Assembly (NCBI GenBank): GCA_946965045.2
Contig: OX337242.1
Coordinates: 62,001 to 126,000, forward strand
Direction of reading: 5' to 3'
Source of the DNA: Epithemia pelagica
Taxonomy: Eukaryota > Protista > Bacillariophyta
Length of the DNA: 64,000 nt
This document shows, one piece after another, positions 38,501 through 47,847 of this stretch. Position 1 is the stretch's first letter. The number at the start of each line of letters is the position of its first letter. The notes under the pieces are model-generated. The model did not search any database and was not told the origin of the DNA. It was given only the letters and a program-made list of their open reading frames with translations. The translations under genes were made by a program, and so were the position numbers.

Positions 38501-40204
38501 CTTGGACGGGCCATGCATGCCTTGGACTTGCTGGAATCCCTCTCGAATGACATCATGACTGGACATGGAAATACTTCTACGGCATTGGCACCTACAGTCT
38601 CTGTGGCCACGTACAATGCCCTGCTCGCCTCATGGGCCAATGAGTCGTTGGTCCAGCATCAAGATCCAGTGCCTCCCATTCAACTTCTCTTGCAACGCAT
38701 GTTGCGCCAATGGCAAGCTCAGCAACAAGATGAAGTCCATACCATCAACACAGATACCAGCAGTACAGGGACGAAACGGCGATTGCCTCTTCAAATGTTT
38801 GAACCAACGGCGACAACCATTCAAGCGGCACTGTGGGGCATGGCTCGGTCACCCGATCCCCACACATTGGAACAAGCCGAACAATTCTTTCAAAAGTTTA
38901 TAGCCTTGATTGAACACCAGCACTTGCATGTATCCTCACATGGTGAAAATGTCATGGAAACGAAAACTACAACAAGAGCCTTGTCCCGAGCACTGTACGA
39001 GACGCTCATGAAGATTTGGACCAAACACAAACGACCCGAAAAGGTCGAACAGCTGTTTCAAGAATTGCATGTGCAGCTGCATTCGTCTTTGTCCTCCTCG
39101 GAGTCACCCATTGACATGGACGAGGAACGATTGCATGCCACGCGCCTGCAAGCCTGGTCTCATGCCGGGAATCCCGAAATGACACTCTTGGCATTGCATG
39201 AATGGATGTCGCAAGCCGCACAAGCTCAGTCGGAAACCAGCGGCAATGAATCCGATGCAGCACTGCCGCAGGGACCCAACCAATCACAGAAACGACGGTC
39301 CTTGCGTCCTCCAGGTACCTTTGCCTTGAATGCGGTACTAGGAGCGTGGACCAAATCGACTCGATCGGATGCTGCCCAACAAGCCGACCAGTATTTGGAG
39401 CAGCACTTGCAAAATCGAAGCAACGAGGGAAACGATGATAGCGAGACTGACAAGAACCTTTCCTCCTGGTGTGCTCCCAATCTGGCTTCGTATTGTACAG
39501 TGATTTCGGCGCATGCCAAATCCGGCTCCTCCACGGCTGGAACGAGAGCATTGTATTGGCTACGACGAATGCAAAGCGACGCGTGTGGTGCAACAAGAAC
39601 AACAACAGCAATCGAGTCCACAATGGGATCATATGACGACGACGAGATGGATAACATCCAAGGATTAGATTCCAATCACAAGCTCGAGGAGGGACAGAAT
39701 GGCGAAGAAGAAGGACTTCAACCACCAACATCGGAGTCCTTTGCGCTAGAACCAAATTTCCTCATCTATGCTGAAGTGATTACAGCCTTGATTCGATCGT
39801 GCGCCGTTCAACGTAGTCAAATCCATGGTAATCCGGAAGGTGATCGATATCTCTCCGGGTCATCACCCGTACAAGAACCAGAAGAACAGATTCTAGATTT
39901 GTTGCAGGAGATTGTCAATATGGCTGCTAGCGAGGACAGCGACGCTGTAGGAAGGGCCACGACAAGCAAGTTGCAGTCGTTCTTCTGGAACAATGACGCC
40001 AAGGAAAAGAACCCAAAGCAACAGAATGACGATCGTAACATGACACCGCATTTGCTGGCCAAACTTCGCCGTGAGTTGGAGGGACATGCATTTGCATCCT
40101 CGGGTGGCACATCCGTGACACAGCACAAGTTGTTGGAAGCATTAGATCAAGTCCATTGCATGGCCCAGCGCGTCGAACCTCCAGGCAGATACAACTACCG
40201 TTAG
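35588..40204 (+). CDS. Large pentatricopeptide-repeat (PPR)-like protein, probably organelle-targeted
   Basis: Single 1538-aa ORF with an Arg/Ser/Thr-rich N-terminus. Degenerate PPR-like helices: TYQTMIQALCRVQKAERALQVW, TYNALLASWA, ALNAVLGAWTKS, PNLASYCTVISAHAKSG, PNFLIYAEVITALIRS. Confidence 0.8.
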   Translation: MASSMAWMPWTRRRVASLWTVRCRPPAATATVTTLSSSSCRLSTRTTTTRRTTTFRRSCFGSTHGIRWTSRQSSSLAANAAAEDSEWKKETLDHSLLEPHVEPAQQEQPPQSQPQRPFSGVWSAAARSRRSQLSQEEWYQAFVALHEWRHTIRAEDDEGNDEPTTTTTAKTQWIRSALELVDRYGAQTQSLLVRRHQQEQEEPTALDTVSKQEKAQDPFALSHGEPLWEADHAKDDTQDPNYLTNNTNNHIYQKKRMEEEADLAAFWSQTRAAANGVLHQALHDWHYVSYQQSQEQQLQQEEQDPTTSVVPLPSLWNVWNRFVAHANHVHTSRDPQQEEKDLVDEFGTVHHHSYHAMFLQALVHQHALEQQHHQEQPQEPPQQREEPTGGATTTEPTFVSHRQVFTNSIPLPTHEFAPTIVHDWIQRAKQQQQPQEQVVPSEPTTTIRGLWGNNDNNLTNDPTNRITDPTELLCTMVELVVASMPPPTTTPPTATKPARRGPNATNNHNTNKETLETVKQLVHLIKEMKRLLHAQQQQQQQQQQLEPSLGQGDESSGTTRPKNRSVFSTDQAHRLYRALIQCGKTTASASTTTTANTTKGHPRPTQHHEQYDPVAVKAVRKLLLQDYKKANSHHYQANNTATNTTTPSILVMPPPTPQAFDLLFQAYGQLPNVSEAMSLLQILDPSMSTSNSTPSNKAKNKKMDDEEPLQVQEDSETRVWSMEPTASSWMALVEAHARAGTSVSTTATTTSPVHAVLQRLVQYVSSLQQQQQQQQHPKDDTAVTSCWDEVLLDGVARTQGDASAAPHMARLLQQVVTLAISPTTTTTMGNDSSSITAETIHKVLDWYLRYEPNVWLGTELVHQWFQWIHNSSDNSTLKLQSAATYQTMIQALCRVQKAERALQVWSEYCDWVLQQPLQQHQGPNSTTLHDDDDDDDDDMTLLSRVDPGRLCEQVILSCLHPKSIRKDGVHALGRAMHALDLLESLSNDIMTGHGNTSTALAPTVSVATYNALLASWANESLVQHQDPVPPIQLLLQRMLRQWQAQQQDEVHTINTDTSSTGTKRRLPLQMFEPTATTIQAALWGMARSPDPHTLEQAEQFFQKFIALIEHQHLHVSSHGENVMETKTTTRALSRALYETLMKIWTKHKRPEKVEQLFQELHVQLHSSLSSSESPIDMDEERLHATRLQAWSHAGNPEMTLLALHEWMSQAAQAQSETSGNESDAALPQGPNQSQKRRSLRPPGTFALNAVLGAWTKSTRSDAAQQADQYLEQHLQNRSNEGNDDSETDKNLSSWCAPNLASYCTVISAHAKSGSSTAGTRALYWLRRMQSDACGATRTTTAIESTMGSYDDDEMDNIQGLDSNHKLEEGQNGEEEGLQPPTSESFALEPNFLIYAEVITALIRSCAVQRSQIHGNPEGDRYLSGSSPVQEPEEQILDLLQEIVNMAASEDSDAVGRATTSKLQSFFWNNDAKEKNPKQQNDDRNMTPHLLAKLRRELEGHAFASSGGTSVTQHKLLEALDQVHCMAQRVEPPGRYNYR

Positions 40205-40267
40205 AGAACTTAAACTGTCTTTACTCAAATCATCCGACACACATGAGCGTCATAAACTCCTTTTGTA

Positions 40268-40432
40268 GCAGTCCTTTTTTCCGGAACAATGACACCAAGA
40301 AAAAGAATCCAAGACATGTGATTTCCATCGTAACATCGCATTAACATGTGTTGGTGAATCTCGACCTGAACCTTTGCGACCTCTGATGTGAGACGTTGTT
40401 GGAAGCATTGACTCAAGAACCTCCAAGAAGTG
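40268..40432 (+). pseudogene. Degenerate duplicate of the PPR gene 3' end
   Basis: GCAGTC..GGAACAATGACACCAAGAAAAAGAA and GTTGTTGGAAGCATT blocks mirror 39973..40190, with deletions. Confidence 0.7.
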
Positions 40433-40563
40433 GATAGAACTGGTGCCACCCTATGGTACAAAGTCATAGAGCGTTCAAAGTTCAAACCTACTTAATAATT
40501 TACAGAATGGAAGCAGTCAAAAGTGGGCTCATCGAGTCGGACCTTTAGTGTTTGATGTATGAT

Positions 40564-41810
40564 CTAGTATTTCTGTTCGCGATCCATAAGATATATCAAA
40601 AAGATGCTCGAAATGCAAGACATCAATATACAAAAGCTTGACTCTCTGCGATTGGCGTCAAAACGAACAAATACAAAAGAATGCGCATATACGAGAGCAG
40701 GACAACCCAGGAAGGCGATAAGTGCGTTACTGACAATTCCCACAAGAACTTTCCACATATCGCCAGTCGCATTCCATTCGACACATCCGTCATGAATCAA
40801 AACAGAAGCAATCCACAGACCAATTAACGTGTCGTTCAGGTCAAGCAATCTGATTGCACATAAACCCAGAAACATGACAAGCACCTTCTTCACCATGCTC
40901 CGAATAATTTTCCACATGTCATTCGACTCATTCAATTGGAAATATGTGCCAAAGGTTGATTGAGTCGTAGGATTCTCCAGTTTGTTGAGGTCACCTTGTT
41001 CTTCTCTCCATTTTATAGACTCCTCCTGCTGGGCATGCAATGGTTCCTCTTCCCATGTTTCAGACTCCTCCTGCTGGGCATGCAATGGTTCTATCATATT
41101 CAAAATAGCCGCCAACTGTTTTTCAACAGCTCTCCCAACTCCATGTCCCGTTTCCGCTGTGCATCTTCATGCTCCTTGCTCTCCACTTGCCGCTCAAGGT
41201 GACTTTGTAAGTCCGACAAGACCGAAGCTGCCTTTGTCATTTCAGAATCAAAGAGACTATACAAGTCATACACGGTAGCATCCAATGGATAGATCATTTC
41301 CTCCGTTTGAGCGACAAAAGAATCCTCCATATCCTGAAACCGTCCTTCCATCGTCTCGATGTGCCCCTCCAGTTTCGCCATGACAGATGCCATGTTGGCA
41401 ATCTTGGTTTCGGTGCGATAGCGAGAAACAAGAAACACCAGTACAAGGAGCCCCACACAAATCCATTTCATAATCTCTTGTCCACGGTCTTGCTTGACTG
41501 TGGCATCGTTACGCAGGTTCTTGCTTGTTTCCATAGCCGATGGATCTTGATCACTGATCTTACTTGCGTCTGTTACTTGGCTTGGATCTTTTAAAGTATG
41601 AGAACTGGAAGGAGTCCGCGAAGCGTGTTGGAAAGCAGACATGATTACTTCCGGAGGCACATCTTGATCTTTTGGGGCAACATTCGGAACACGCTTTACC
41701 ATGCTTTCTCGAAGCGTGGTACCTTGATGGACCCTCTGAGAGGACTCGAACACCACAGGTGGGGACTCCTCCAACGACGTAGTCTCATTGTCAGAATTAC
41801 AAAGATGCAT
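40564..41810 (-). CDS. Hypothetical membrane/coiled-coil protein A, split by a 1-nt frameshift at ~41119-41123
   Basis: Track ORFs 41100..41810 and 40564..41115 join if one base is added in the A5 run. ELGELLK(N/K)QLAAILNMIEPL then matches paralog B ELGEQLKNQLKTVLNVMEPL. One TM, a coiled coil and several C-terminal TMs. Confidence 0.65.
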
Positions 41811-43057
41811 CGTCGCGAAACAAAAAGGGAGTCTCGAACCTCATGTGAGCGAAACGAATCTGTGTGGGAATTCCGTTCTTCGAAGAGGAGTTCGAGATTT
41901 CCTGTAAACGACCACGTTTGCATGTCCCGATTAAATTTGGACTGAAACAGATGTGTCGTACCGAGAGAAGATCGAAAGTTGGATGTGTCCTGCGATTTTG
42001 CTGTGAAGGAATCACGCTGAGGGAGTTGGAACAACGAACTGTTTGTAGTATTGTGTTGCGAAACGAGTGTCGTCAGTCCCAAGCACTCAAGGAATCAATG
42101 CGTGCCACACCATATTATCATCACACTTCACTGTTGTCTGGAGCCCAAACCTGTGCTGTCTGTCCGATTATGGCCTAGGTAGTCGTCTATTACACAAGTG
42201 AACGTCGTTCGCTTCTTCTCGCGTAGGTCACACTCGTTTTCGATCATCCTTAACCGAGCTGCATGCCCTTTCAGGCAATGGGGAAAGCTCCACAAAGAGT
42301 TGCTTCGGTTTTCACTCCGCCATCTCCTCCGCTTTCAACATCGTCCTTCATTGTCGTCGTGGTGTTGTGTTCCAGCCCGGGTATTGGTCGCAGGTGTGTC
42401 GCCAAGGGATCTGCTGGCTCGCGCGCATGGACCGCCGCCGTTCTCATGTTTTCAAAACCACGCACTTTTGAGTCTCCCGGCACGAAGAGACTGAAGGGCC
42501 ATGGGCCAGAGCAATGAATTGGAACCACAGTTCTTACCAACCAGAACATGATCACCAAGTTGCAAATATGCGTTGCAAATGGCGCGCAAGGAGAGACACT
42601 GGCGTCGTCGACGTTCTCAACAAGTCCTTTCACGCCTATCGAAAACGACCAAGCCTTGGAAGACCGATCCTCTTTTCAACCCAATCAGTTTCAGATGACG
42701 CTCATCCATGGGCGCCTGTTCCGGTCCCTTTGGTGATGTTTGTTGAAACACTGACTTTTTGGTCGGCCCTCCTCTGTGATTCAAGGACCAATAAGGGGTG
42801 TCCTCGGTCCACAACAACTTTGGTCGTGGGAGTACGAATCAAGTATCCATCCAGGACGACAAAACGGGACGACGCCTATCCTTTCTGTCTACAGGCAACC
42901 TCTACAAAGATGAAACATTGGTTACAGGCTGCAGTCTCTGGGTGTCTAGAAGCACGTTACTTGCAATAAGGAAACCTGGCACACGGAATGTCACACACCG
43001 AGAAAGTTGTTCAAGTCTTCCCGACCGAGTGGGTGCTATTCGTTGAGAATGGTGTGG

Positions 43058-44111
43058 CTAATCATCCAGCTCGGTCTCAGCCCCATATTCCTCAAAATAA
43101 AAACCTATCGAACAGGAAGCAAAGACAACAAACAAGACTGCAAAGCAGAAAATCGCAACCTTCGTCTCAGCCTCAAAGGAACTTTCTTCCAACATTTGGG
43201 AAGATATGACAATCCCTCCAATCAAACATGCACTCGAAATCATGACAAACAAAAGATACATCATTTTCAACAAACCGTTCCACACACACATTCCAAGTGC
43301 CACGTTCAGACTTTGAGTTTCCTGGGCCAAGAACCATCTCTTCCTTATGCTGTCCCGCGTCGCAACGTTTCAATCTCCACGCTCCAGACTGTGTAGGCAA
43401 CAAGGGTTCCATCACATTCAAAACAGTCTTCAACTGATTCTTCAACTGCTCTCCCAGCTCCTTGTCTCCTTTCATCGGTGCATCTTCCTGGTCCATGCTC
43501 TTCACATGTCGTTCGAGGTGATTTTGCAAGACAGACAAGACCGAGGCTGTCTGTGTGATTTCGGAATCAAAACGGCTATACAAGTCACAGACCGTACCAT
43601 CCAAGGGATGAATCAGTTCCTCCGATTTACCGAACGAAGAATCTTCTGGATCCGTGTTGCTTGCTTGCTTCGTCTCCAATACGTGCCCCTCGAGCCTTGC
43701 CATGTCCCATTTCATGTCGGCCAACCGTGCTTCCGTATCATGACGACACGCATAAAACACGAGTAGGGCAAAGACAACTTGGAGTACAATATACCCCACG
43801 AAATACCATTTCTTAAGACCAATCTCTTGTAGTAGTCCACGGTACTGCTGGACAGTACGATTGCTCGACACACTCTTGCGTGCTGTCACAACGGATGGGT
43901 TCTGATTCGTGTTTGTTCCTGTGGTTCTTTTCCATGCCTGGTGTGAACCATCAGCCCGAGACGAGGCTGCACTCTCCAAATCAGGAACAGTGTCCTTTGG
44001 GGCATTGGTTTCCGTCCCCGTGGACATTGGAAGCCTGGAATTTGGATTGGCCCTTGGAGCGCGCTTCACCAACCCATTGCGAGAGGACGACAAGTCTTGA
44101 CAAAGTTCCAT
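43058..44111 (-). CDS. Hypothetical membrane/coiled-coil protein B, paralog of A; hydrophobic C-terminal frame at 43058..43330 is offset
   Basis: MARLEGHV..IHPLDGTVCDLYSRFDSEITQTASVLSVLQNHLERHV matches MAKLEGHI..IYPLDATVYDLYSLFDSEMTKAASVLSDLQSHLERQV in A. The main frame stops at 43173; a two-TM frame overlaps in +1. Confidence 0.6.
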
Positions 44112-44476
44112 TTCGCTTTTTATTAGTTTGTTCCGCGCAAGCAAGATGAATTTCCTGGAACGCAATGGACCGTTGCTTGTGGTGAACGGTGGAAAGGACG
44201 ACAAGTGTGAGACTGCGGGACAGGTTTGCCTGTTTCGCGGTGGGAAAGACGGGAATGCTGCGTGCGGACAATTGACGGACGACGCGCGTGCCCGACCCTT
44301 TGCAACCAAGGCGTCACACACACGGAGCCATCAGGAGCGCCACATTCTAGCTGCCGCGATTGCATTTTGCGATTTTTGGAATCTCGTGTTATGTAACCAA
44401 TATAGATAGGGTCCGTTGTGTATAGGGACAACATTCGACCAGGCGTCGGATCCAATGTCGGTTCTGTTTCTTTATG

Positions 44477-46534
44477 TTAGCATTCAAACGGGGGCGGTTC
44501 TTGATCCGACGGTACTTTCCACAATCCATCGGGCAAGTACAAATAATTCGAATAGTCGTCTCGTGGTGGTTCTGGTCCATCATTATGTTGTCGATTATTC
44601 CACCGAGCATGCCGAGTGGCCACGAGTTGCATGGAAAAGCTTGAAACGGGGGTTCCAATAAACATTGCCGCATCCACGCCCAAAAAGTAATCGACAATCG
44701 AAGCCGACAAGATGGCGGCATGTCGCGCATGCCAGGAATGGACCGTCAGAGCCGATTGTCCCGCTTCGTGCACGGGAACCGTGCCATTCCACAAGCCCGT
44801 GTCACGAATGGTATTGAGAAGCTCCAAATTGTCCAGGGCCACGGCAGCCGTGGAGTCGGACGACGAAGCAGAGCCACGCATCCTCAGTGTTTGAACATGT
44901 CGTTCCAACAGGGGTCGATTCAAGACAAGCAAGACTCGATCAATGCCGGGTGGGGGACCCTGGGGGAAGGTCGTGTAGAGGTGTTGCACAATGTCACGCA
45001 ATTGGGTCACCTTGTACTGGGGACAATAGGGATGCACTTGCATATCGGGTTCAATGCGGGCATGCAAACACAGATAACCAGACGACGACGACGACGAAAT
45101 CGATGGAGTGGTTGGTACCATGCCTTGTTTGACCACTTCAATCATGCGTCTCAAGTCGGGATGAGGCTGTAAGGCGCCTTGCAAAATGGCCAAATCGGCC
45201 GCATGTCGTGGAGGGAGTTTTCGTTGCGGTGCTTGTAGGTTCTGTTGTTGTTTGTGTATGGTTTTTTGGGATTGTTCTTGTTCGAGTTGTTCGAGTTGGG
45301 GCCGTCGTCGTTGCTCGAGTTTCGCCGCCCCTTGCACTTGTTTGGTATAGGAACTGTAGCGCAAAAAGTAGACATGTTGCTTTTCCGACGCATAGGGACG
45401 CGTGGCATTGACAATTTGAATCCGTTTGACATGACGTCGTCGTCGATGAGCCGGGGTAATAACGTGTTGGACCGACGTGTGCCACCACAATTCCCCCTCC
45501 GTGCCGTGTCGTGTTTGTGTGGCCAAATGAATCATGCTGGCATCGCGTTGCACCAATTTGGGCAAGACGGGCTGGTCCTGCACCACGGCCGCATGGGTAT
45601 TCCAGTGCACGACATCAAACACTTGTTCATGCGGCCACGTCAAATTGTTGCCGTACAAGTCTTTCCACTGCAAACTGGGCAAGACGAGTTGGGTACAATT
45701 GCGAGTCGTGGCATCCATGACAAGGGCCGTAAAGGCCATGAGTTGATTGACAAAGCCGGCATAAAATTGCATTTGCACATAGGCCAACGTCTTGGCGTTG
45801 GGGTCGCCCACGGTCACGGCCTGAAGTTGATCGGCGTAGGACGAATTGGTGGTGGCAGACACAGTTGTGGCAGTGGTGTTGGTAATGTTGGAGGAGAACG
45901 ACGACGTTGGTGTGGAACGGGAGGAGGAAGAGGAAGAAGAAGAAGAATGACCCAGAGAGAGATTCGATTGCGGCGCCACTCGTTGTTGTGGTATTGTTCT
46001 GATTTCGGGAGAACTACTAGTACTCGTGGTGGTGGTGGACCAGGTGGTGGGCGTCGTTTCTTTCGGTTCTGGATGATGGTGAATCCCATCCGTCGTTGTC
46101 GTCGAAGAGAAGGAGGAGGATTGTGGAGACACCAAGGACGACACCTTGAACGACGAATCGACAGTACCAGCCGACAAGTGTTGTTGTCGTTGTGGTTGTG
46201 GGTTCTCCTCCTCCTCGTTGGCATTCCAACGACCAGTTGTGATGGTTGTGGTGGTTCCGCCACTGCTGGAACGAATCATGGCGGTGGCGATGGTTGAATC
46301 CGGACTCGTCGTCGTTATTGTCGTATTACTCCAAACGAGGGGTCTCCAGAGACAAACGACAAGAATGGCACTGCCCAAGGTCCAATTCAAGACGAGCATA
46401 ATGGTCCACTTCTTCGTTTTGTGCGTTCTCTTGTTGTTCTTGTTGCTGCTGGTCTTCTTCTTTTGTGGAAGAGGCCACCACTGCTTGGTCTTGGCTCGGT
46501 GGTTGTTGTCGTTGTCATTCTCCTCTCGAGTCAT
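44477..46534 (-). CDS. O-fucosyltransferase-like type II membrane glycosyltransferase (ORF open to 46735)
   Basis: N-terminal TM, Ser/Thr stem, then GFVNQLMAF, YLCLHARIEPDM and VDYFLGVDAAMFIGTPVSSFS, which resemble GDP-fucose protein O-fucosyltransferase-fold motifs. Confidence 0.72.
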   Translation of the reverse strand: MTREENDNDNNHRAKTKQWWPLPQKKKTSSNKNNKRTHKTKKWTIMLVLNWTLGSAILVVCLWRPLVWSNTTITTTSPDSTIATAMIRSSSGGTTTTITTGRWNANEEEENPQPQRQQHLSAGTVDSSFKVSSLVSPQSSSFSSTTTTDGIHHHPEPKETTPTTWSTTTTSTSSSPEIRTIPQQRVAPQSNLSLGHSSSSSSSSSRSTPTSSFSSNITNTTATTVSATTNSSYADQLQAVTVGDPNAKTLAYVQMQFYAGFVNQLMAFTALVMDATTRNCTQLVLPSLQWKDLYGNNLTWPHEQVFDVVHWNTHAAVVQDQPVLPKLVQRDASMIHLATQTRHGTEGELWWHTSVQHVITPAHRRRRHVKRIQIVNATRPYASEKQHVYFLRYSSYTKQVQGAAKLEQRRRPQLEQLEQEQSQKTIHKQQQNLQAPQRKLPPRHAADLAILQGALQPHPDLRRMIEVVKQGMVPTTPSISSSSSSGYLCLHARIEPDMQVHPYCPQYKVTQLRDIVQHLYTTFPQGPPPGIDRVLLVLNRPLLERHVQTLRMRGSASSSDSTAAVALDNLELLNTIRDTGLWNGTVPVHEAGQSALTVHSWHARHAAILSASIVDYFLGVDAAMFIGTPVSSFSMQLVATRHARWNNRQHNDGPEPPRDDYSNYLYLPDGLWKVPSDQEPPPFEC

Positions 46535-46986
46535 AGTGGTCGTCCCACCCGCGTTGCTGCTCAACAAAGAGAGACCCAAAGGTCCTTTTTTGGTGCTAGT
46601 AGTCGTAGGGTGATGGTTTCCGCGTGGGAGGCTGGTGGTGGAACGCCGTTGACTCGGTGTCGTCGTTTTTTTCTTTTTTTCCCTTGCGAGCGTGTGTGTT
46701 TGGAACCACTGTGTTTTGTGGTGGTTCGAATTCAAACTCTCTCCTCCTCCATGACGATACTACCACCGCAATGCTGCTGGTAGTTCGTGTTGGATCTCTT
46801 CTGTCGTCAGGGTTGCGTTCCACAAACACGGACAGAACCAATGAGAGTTCGAGAGAGAACCTGTTGTTGTTGCAGACGAAAATGAAATGTCGCTCCCGAG
46901 ATTTTGTGGGGATGGTCCGGACATTTTTGCAAATTGATTGGGGAAAGTGAAAATCCTGGAACGCCGGCGCGTAACCCGAGAGAGGA

Positions 46987-47058
46987 CTGACCACTGACAG
47001 CTGACAGACAGACAGTCTGGCGCTGACCACCGACAGCTGACAGACAGACAGTCTGGCC
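46987..47058. repeat. 36-bp tandem repeat x2
   Basis: CTGACCACTGACAGCTGACAGACAGACAGTCTGGCG followed by CTGACCACCGACAGCTGACAGACAGACAGTCTGGCC, upstream of the O-FucT-like gene. Confidence 0.9.
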
Positions 47059-47496
47059 TTCACATTATTTGCACGACGGACAGACGAACGACACAAACTA
47101 TCCGTCGTCGTGTCCTTCATCCTGCCTACTCCTACCTATCTTGGTAGATCTAGTTTGAATGTGTCGGAACCGCAATGGAAATGGACCGTTCCACTACTAC
47201 CTATCATAGTCTGGGAGGGACAGAGCAGATACTTCTCAAATGCACGGACATGTGGACTAATCATTTATATTCAATCAATTTTTTGTGGTTCTTGGTTGCG
47301 TTGTGGAGTGTGGTACTTGTGTTGGGTGTCTTGGGTTTTTTCCTTGCTTGGGTGGGTATCTCCGGATGGGGTCCCCAAAGAGCCTTGTCGTGCCTGTCTC
47401 TCTTGTGTGTGTGTATGTGCGTGCGTGTGTGTAGTTCCTGGTCATACTACTACGATTTTACGAGGACTCGGTTTCTTCTTCTTCTTTTTTGGTTGT

Positions 47497-47811
47497 TTAT
47501 GCCACATGCTTTTCTCGTTTTTCAAATTGTTTCGTCCCGGCCGTACGACGACGTTGAATTTGGGCAAAATGCTGTTCGCCCCGTGCCTTGCTGGCTCGTG
47601 CTTGAACGGCGGCTCCGGCCGTCATGCCGGAAAAGGCATCGCCCCGCGCCAAACGATCTTGCTTGGATTGGACTTTTTGAACGGCGGCCGAATACTTGAG
47701 ACAGGCCGCGGGCAAATCCGACACGGACGTGAGCAAATTGGCCAACTTGTCACAGGAATCCTGGTCGTAGTCGGGAGCGGGGGCACCTGTATAATATCGA
47801 GAAACAACCAT
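47497..47811 (-). CDS. Small hypothetical protein (~104 aa)
   Basis: MVVSRYYTGAPAPDYDQDSCDKLANLLTSVSDLPAACLKYSAAVQKVQSKQDRLARG... has natural helical composition, with the ATG just after a microsatellite leader. No family recognised. Confidence 0.45.
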   Translation of the reverse strand: MVVSRYYTGAPAPDYDQDSCDKLANLLTSVSDLPAACLKYSAAVQKVQSKQDRLARGDAFSGMTAGAAVQARASKARGEQHFAQIQRRRTAGTKQFEKREKHVA

Positions 47812-47815
47812 GTGC

Positions 47816-47847
<32 letters not shown>

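Noticed and set aside
41117-41126. Programmed -1 frameshift at G-AAA-AAC
   Set aside because: Imperfect slippery heptamer that is not conserved in paralog B (AAG AAT CAG). An indel or sequencing error is simpler.
45245-46297. 350-aa plus-strand ORF
   Set aside because: Antisense to the O-fucosyltransferase-like gene, with no independent features.
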